From: Desulfatiglandales bacterium
GTDB taxonomy: Bacteria; Desulfobacterota; DSM-4660; Desulfatiglandales; HGW-15
Assembly (NCBI GenBank): GCA_963667015.2
Contig: CAXXJJ010000001.1
Location: forward strand, 2,176,001 to 2,240,000
Length of the DNA: 64,000 bases
Reading direction: 5' to 3'
The translations under genes and the position numbers were made by a program. Shown one piece after another: positions 60,342 to 64,000 of the stretch; within the stretch, counting starts at the first letter, position 1, and each line of letters starts with the position of its first letter. Below the pieces are notes generated by a model. The model did not search any database, had not been told where the DNA came from, and saw only the letters and a list, made by a program, of their open reading frames with translations.

Positions 60342-61370
60342 ATGAATATGTTGAAGTTTACAAGGGTATTTTTATCTTTTACGGCAGTATTGCTGTTTAT
60401 ATCGGTGGTTACATATGCTCAGGAGGCACCGGGACCGGGCAGGCCAGGGAGTAAAAGCTTTCCGGGTGCTGCAAAGAGGGGTTTTGGTGGCCAGAGAGGT
60501 GAGAATGTCATGGTCAGCCTCACTCCTCCTGCCAACGTGAAACGAATCAAATTATATGAAAAAACTCCCAATGTGATAGAGTTCGAGGAAAATGAACTTA
60601 ACCCCATGGAACCTACTCTTGATCTGTATATTCCTGACGAGGGCAAGGCAACAGGGGCGGGAGTTCTGCTATGCCCGGGAGGCGGTTACGAGATGCTGAC
60701 GGTTCCAGGAGAAGGGGGAACAATTGCCGAATTTTTTAAGGAGCATAATATTGCAGCCTTTGTTGTGCGTTACAGGCATGGCCCGCAATATCACTACCCA
60801 ACTACACTGCTTGATGCACAGCGTGCACTGAGACACATAAAGGCCCATGCAAAGGAGTACAATGTGGATCCGGACAGGGTAGGTGTCTTTGGGGGATCGG
60901 CAGGCGGACATCTTGCAGCTATGCTCGCCACACTCTATAACGATAAGCTGCTGCCCGAAGGGACGTATGTGCCCGATGAGATTGACAGCATCAGCGCCAG
61001 GCCGGCCTTTGCGCTTCTGCTCTACCCTGTGATTGACCTGACCGATGATTCGGTTACTCACAAAGGTTCCCGGAAAAACCTGACACAGGATAACCCGGAT
61101 CTTTATGACGCACTTTCACCCTGGAAACATGTTACATCAGATACACCTCCCTCCTTTATTGTACACGGCACTTATGATTTCCTCGTTCCGGTGATGAATT
61201 CTCTCCTTTACTACGAGGCATGTCTCAAGGTGCGTGTGCCAGCGGAGATGCATCTTCTGGATACACCGATGCACGGATTCGGGATGGGGGCCAATCTGAA
61301 TGATGATACGGCAAAGGAATGGCCGGTACAGGCAGTACGGTTTATCGAAAGGCACGCCGCGGCAAAATAG
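60342..61370 (+). CDS. Secreted alpha/beta hydrolase (xylan/feruloyl esterase-like)
   Basis: CPGGGY, GGSAGGHLA, TPPSFIVHG, HGFG. Confidence 0.88.
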   Translation: MNMLKFTRVFLSFTAVLLFISVVTYAQEAPGPGRPGSKSFPGAAKRGFGGQRGENVMVSLTPPANVKRIKLYEKTPNVIEFEENELNPMEPTLDLYIPDEGKATGAGVLLCPGGGYEMLTVPGEGGTIAEFFKEHNIAAFVVRYRHGPQYHYPTTLLDAQRALRHIKAHAKEYNVDPDRVGVFGGSAGGHLAAMLATLYNDKLLPEGTYVPDEIDSISARPAFALLLYPVIDLTDDSVTHKGSRKNLTQDNPDLYDALSPWKHVTSDTPPSFIVHGTYDFLVPVMNSLLYYEACLKVRVPAEMHLLDTPMHGFGMGANLNDDTAKEWPVQAVRFIERHAAAK

Positions 61371-61479
61371 TGTTTGTGAGCTTAAAAACGGATGCCTGGC
61401 TATGTGTATCTTCAGTAGAGACGATCAGAGGCCAGGGCTTTTCGGAATTATTCATGTTAAATATTTAAGGGAACGAACA

Positions 61480-62955
61480 ATGAAGAGACTTTTCTATAAG
61501 CAATCGTTGCTCCTGACGGGATTAACCATACTGGTTGCAGGATTTATCCTGTTCAGCGTATCGCTGACTTCAGCCCTTGAGGGCGATGTCATTATTCACG
61601 ATCCATCCACTATTGCCAAATGTGACGGCAGGTTCTACACATACGGTACTGGCGGCACATGCCTTGTGTCCAGTGACGGATGGCTCTGGAAACGGGGTGA
61701 GACACCCTCAAGGCGGGGAATGGCCCCTGACATCATTAAACTCGGCGACCGTTACTTCCAGTATATTTCCTCCAATCCGGGACCTCAGCCCCTTTCTCAG
61801 GTCCACCTGATATCGAGCAGGAGCCTTGATCCTGAGTCCCCTGATTACGGATGGCGGGAAGATGGACTGATTAACGAGACTGACGGTATAGAGTTTTTTA
61901 ACGGTATTGACCCGGGACTTTTTCTGGATCCTGCTGACGGAAGGTTATGGATGGTTTTCGGGTCCTATTTCGGCTATATCAGGCTCGTGGAGCTGGATCC
62001 AGTGACAGGTCAGCGCGTGGATCAAAATTATACAAACATTGCCATTAACTGCGAAGCCGCAACTATGATTTATCATGAAGGCTGGTATTATCTGCTGGCC
62101 ACTCACGGGAGCTGCTGCAGGGGCGCTGATTCAGGATATAATATCAGGGTGGGCCGCTCAAGAAAGGTAACCGGGCCGTTCCTGGATAATATGGGAATCG
62201 ATATGCTCAAGGGGGGCGGCAGGCTTTTTGTTGGATCAGGCGGCCGTGTAATCGGTCCGGGTCATTTCGGTTTGATCGACCTGGGTGAAGGTATTCAGAA
62301 ATTCTCCTGCCATTATGAGGCTGACCTGGACAGGGGCGGTGCAAGCGTAATGGACATCAGGCCTGTACTGTGGAAAGACGGATGGCCTGCAGCCGGTGAC
62401 AACTGTAAAGAGGGTACCTATGAAATAGAGTCCCTGCGAACCGGCACAGCGCTTGAACTGGCCGTAGAGGGTCAGCCGGTCGGCGGCCGGCCACGCCGGG
62501 GTCCCGGCGGACCCGGTGGAATGTTCGGCGGTGCCGGAGGCGTTATTCCTCCACAGGACGTGGCAAAGGTTTCCGTGAACTGGCCTTCAGGAGATACAGG
62601 TGTGCGCATGGCCAACTACATGTGCCAGGCACAGCAGAAATGGACACTTACACCTGTAAAGGATGTTGGGGGCTATCTCGGTTCACCATACTTCAGGATC
62701 ACCATTGCAGGAACAGACCGCACCCTTGCTGTCGGGGAGGATGCGGAACTGGTAGCGCTCCCGGATTTTACGGGCCGCCCCGAACAGCTCTGGCAGCTGG
62801 ATCAGCTTACTGACGGTACATGGCGTATCATGCCTAAATCCGTTCCCGGTTCAAAGGAGCCTGTGGCCCTTTCCGCGGTTGGAAGCAGTTTTGCGACACT
62901 GGCAAAATTTGATCCCTCCAGCGACAGGCAGAGATGGCTCCTGAAGACACCGTAA
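61480..62955 (+). CDS. Secreted GH43 arabinanase-like glycosidase with ricin-type beta-trefoil domain
   Basis: IHDPST, MAPDI, GIDPGLF, GSYFG, HGSCC, GPGH; QQKW/EQLW/RQRW repeats. Confidence 0.88.
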   Translation: MKRLFYKQSLLLTGLTILVAGFILFSVSLTSALEGDVIIHDPSTIAKCDGRFYTYGTGGTCLVSSDGWLWKRGETPSRRGMAPDIIKLGDRYFQYISSNPGPQPLSQVHLISSRSLDPESPDYGWREDGLINETDGIEFFNGIDPGLFLDPADGRLWMVFGSYFGYIRLVELDPVTGQRVDQNYTNIAINCEAATMIYHEGWYYLLATHGSCCRGADSGYNIRVGRSRKVTGPFLDNMGIDMLKGGGRLFVGSGGRVIGPGHFGLIDLGEGIQKFSCHYEADLDRGGASVMDIRPVLWKDGWPAAGDNCKEGTYEIESLRTGTALELAVEGQPVGGRPRRGPGGPGGMFGGAGGVIPPQDVAKVSVNWPSGDTGVRMANYMCQAQQKWTLTPVKDVGGYLGSPYFRITIAGTDRTLAVGEDAELVALPDFTGRPEQLWQLDQLTDGTWRIMPKSVPGSKEPVALSAVGSSFATLAKFDPSSDRQRWLLKTP

Positions 62956-63016
62956 AAATCGGATGAACATGACAACGCAGAACTATTTAAATGAAAATCC
63001 AGTAAAGAGGTCTCCA

Positions 63017-63715
63017 ATGAACAAAATCCACAGGATCTGCATTCTGATAACCGTCATGCTGACGGGGTTTTTCTGTATTGCCGCTGCTGATGACTCTGAT
63101 AATAGAAACCAGGAGCATAAATCCTTTTTTTCCAAACCCTCTTCCGTGCCGAAGGCACCTGACAGCGATGGTTTTATCCAGCAGTGGCTGATCCTGGAGC
63201 CGATCCCTTCCTCGGGCCTGACGGACAGTGCAGTCCGGGCAGCAGTAAAGAAGGAGTATTTCCCGGAACAGTTATCTGTTGTGCCTGAAGACGGTGATCA
63301 GGTTAAGGCTGGTGAGGAAACACTTGCATGGCATGCCGTTGACACCAACGAATATAATGTCAACCTCTATTATTATGCCTACAACCTTGGAAAGCCAACC
63401 TCCAATGTTCTGTTCTGGGCAGTTACAGTTATCGACTGCCCCGAAGAGATGCATGACATGCGCCTTGCAATAGGTTCCAATGCCGCATCCGTCTGGTGGG
63501 TCAACGGCAGAGAGGTCATAGGGATATACAACGACCGCCAGACGGTCATTGACGACGGTGTATCCAAACGACTGACCCTTAAAAAAGGAAAGAACATCAT
63601 AAGGTGTGCGATAATCAACGGCGGAGGGGCAACTGACTTCTGCGCCAGGTTCCTGGACAGTAATGACAAACCCTTCAGGGATTTTACAGTTAATATCTTC
63701 CCTGCCGGAAAATAA
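63017..63715 (+). CDS. Secreted beta-sandwich hypothetical protein
   Basis: Signal peptide; GFIQQWLILEP, IGSNAASVWWVNG, LKKGKN. Confidence 0.75.
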   Translation: MNKIHRICILITVMLTGFFCIAAADDSDNRNQEHKSFFSKPSSVPKAPDSDGFIQQWLILEPIPSSGLTDSAVRAAVKKEYFPEQLSVVPEDGDQVKAGEETLAWHAVDTNEYNVNLYYYAYNLGKPTSNVLFWAVTVIDCPEEMHDMRLAIGSNAASVWWVNGREVIGIYNDRQTVIDDGVSKRLTLKKGKNIIRCAIINGGGATDFCARFLDSNDKPFRDFTVNIFPAGK

Positions 63716-63817
63716 ATCACCTTAAGTAAAGGCCGGAGGGGAAGTGGACTAATGTATAAGTATGATGACTCAGACTAAAGGAATATCTCTCGCCCGTTCC
63801 CTTCGGTCACTAGAGCT

Positions 63818-63892
63818 CACAGAGAGCACAGAGAAAAGCTTTTATTTTAATATCTTTTGTTTTTCTCTGCGTACTCTGCGGGCTCTGCGAGA
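63818..63892. repeat. Intergenic cacagag/ctctgcg short-repeat hairpin
   Basis: cacagagagcacagagaaaa ... ttttctctgcgtactctgcgggctctgcg. Confidence 0.55.
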
Positions 63893-63960
63893 TACTTTTT
63901 TTTGATGTCTGTTCAATATAACAAAATTAATTGTCAAAATATTTGTAACATTTTAAGGAG

Positions 63961-64000
63961 ATGAATATGTCTATTCGAAAGTTAGCGGTTTTATCAATAT
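63961..64000 (+). CDS. Start of a gene running off the window
   Basis: AAGGAG RBS, ATG, open frame MNMSIRKLAVLSI. Confidence 0.5.
   Translation, partial: MNMSIRKLAVLSI

Overview
Two distinct parts. (1) 1-~16,450 is an AT-rich chromosomal integron. Sixteen attC sites delimit minus-strand cassettes: hypotheticals, peptidase E, an archaeal-type PurO, GmhA, a Phd-VapC toxin-antitoxin pair and four ORF-less cassettes, three of them one family. Two intron classes have invaded the array. A group IIB-type intron (5' part only, 1-423) sits in an attC R' box on the cassette strand. Two tandem group IIC introns (2813-4921, 4922-7026) sit in an attC R'' box on the opposite strand. The array ends in an attI-like junction (~14842-14860). 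Beyond it lie five copies of a 16-bp TGT-N10-ACA motif, the 3' part of a small DUF5710/HARP-like gene, an inverted-repeat-flanked four-helix-bundle gene, and a 27-codon remnant of the intI N-terminus. The integrase therefore pointed toward the array and has been largely deleted; neither gene fragment is in the ORF track. (2) ~16,460-64,000 is a metabolic island: GH3/GH43 glycosidases, many esterases, Tat-exported FAD oxidoreductases, UroD/MtaA-family proteins, beta-helix proteins, and a xylonate (Weimberg-type) plus gluconate catabolic operon. Two genes carry single-base frameshifts in G runs. All product calls are from motif recognition only; no searches were run.
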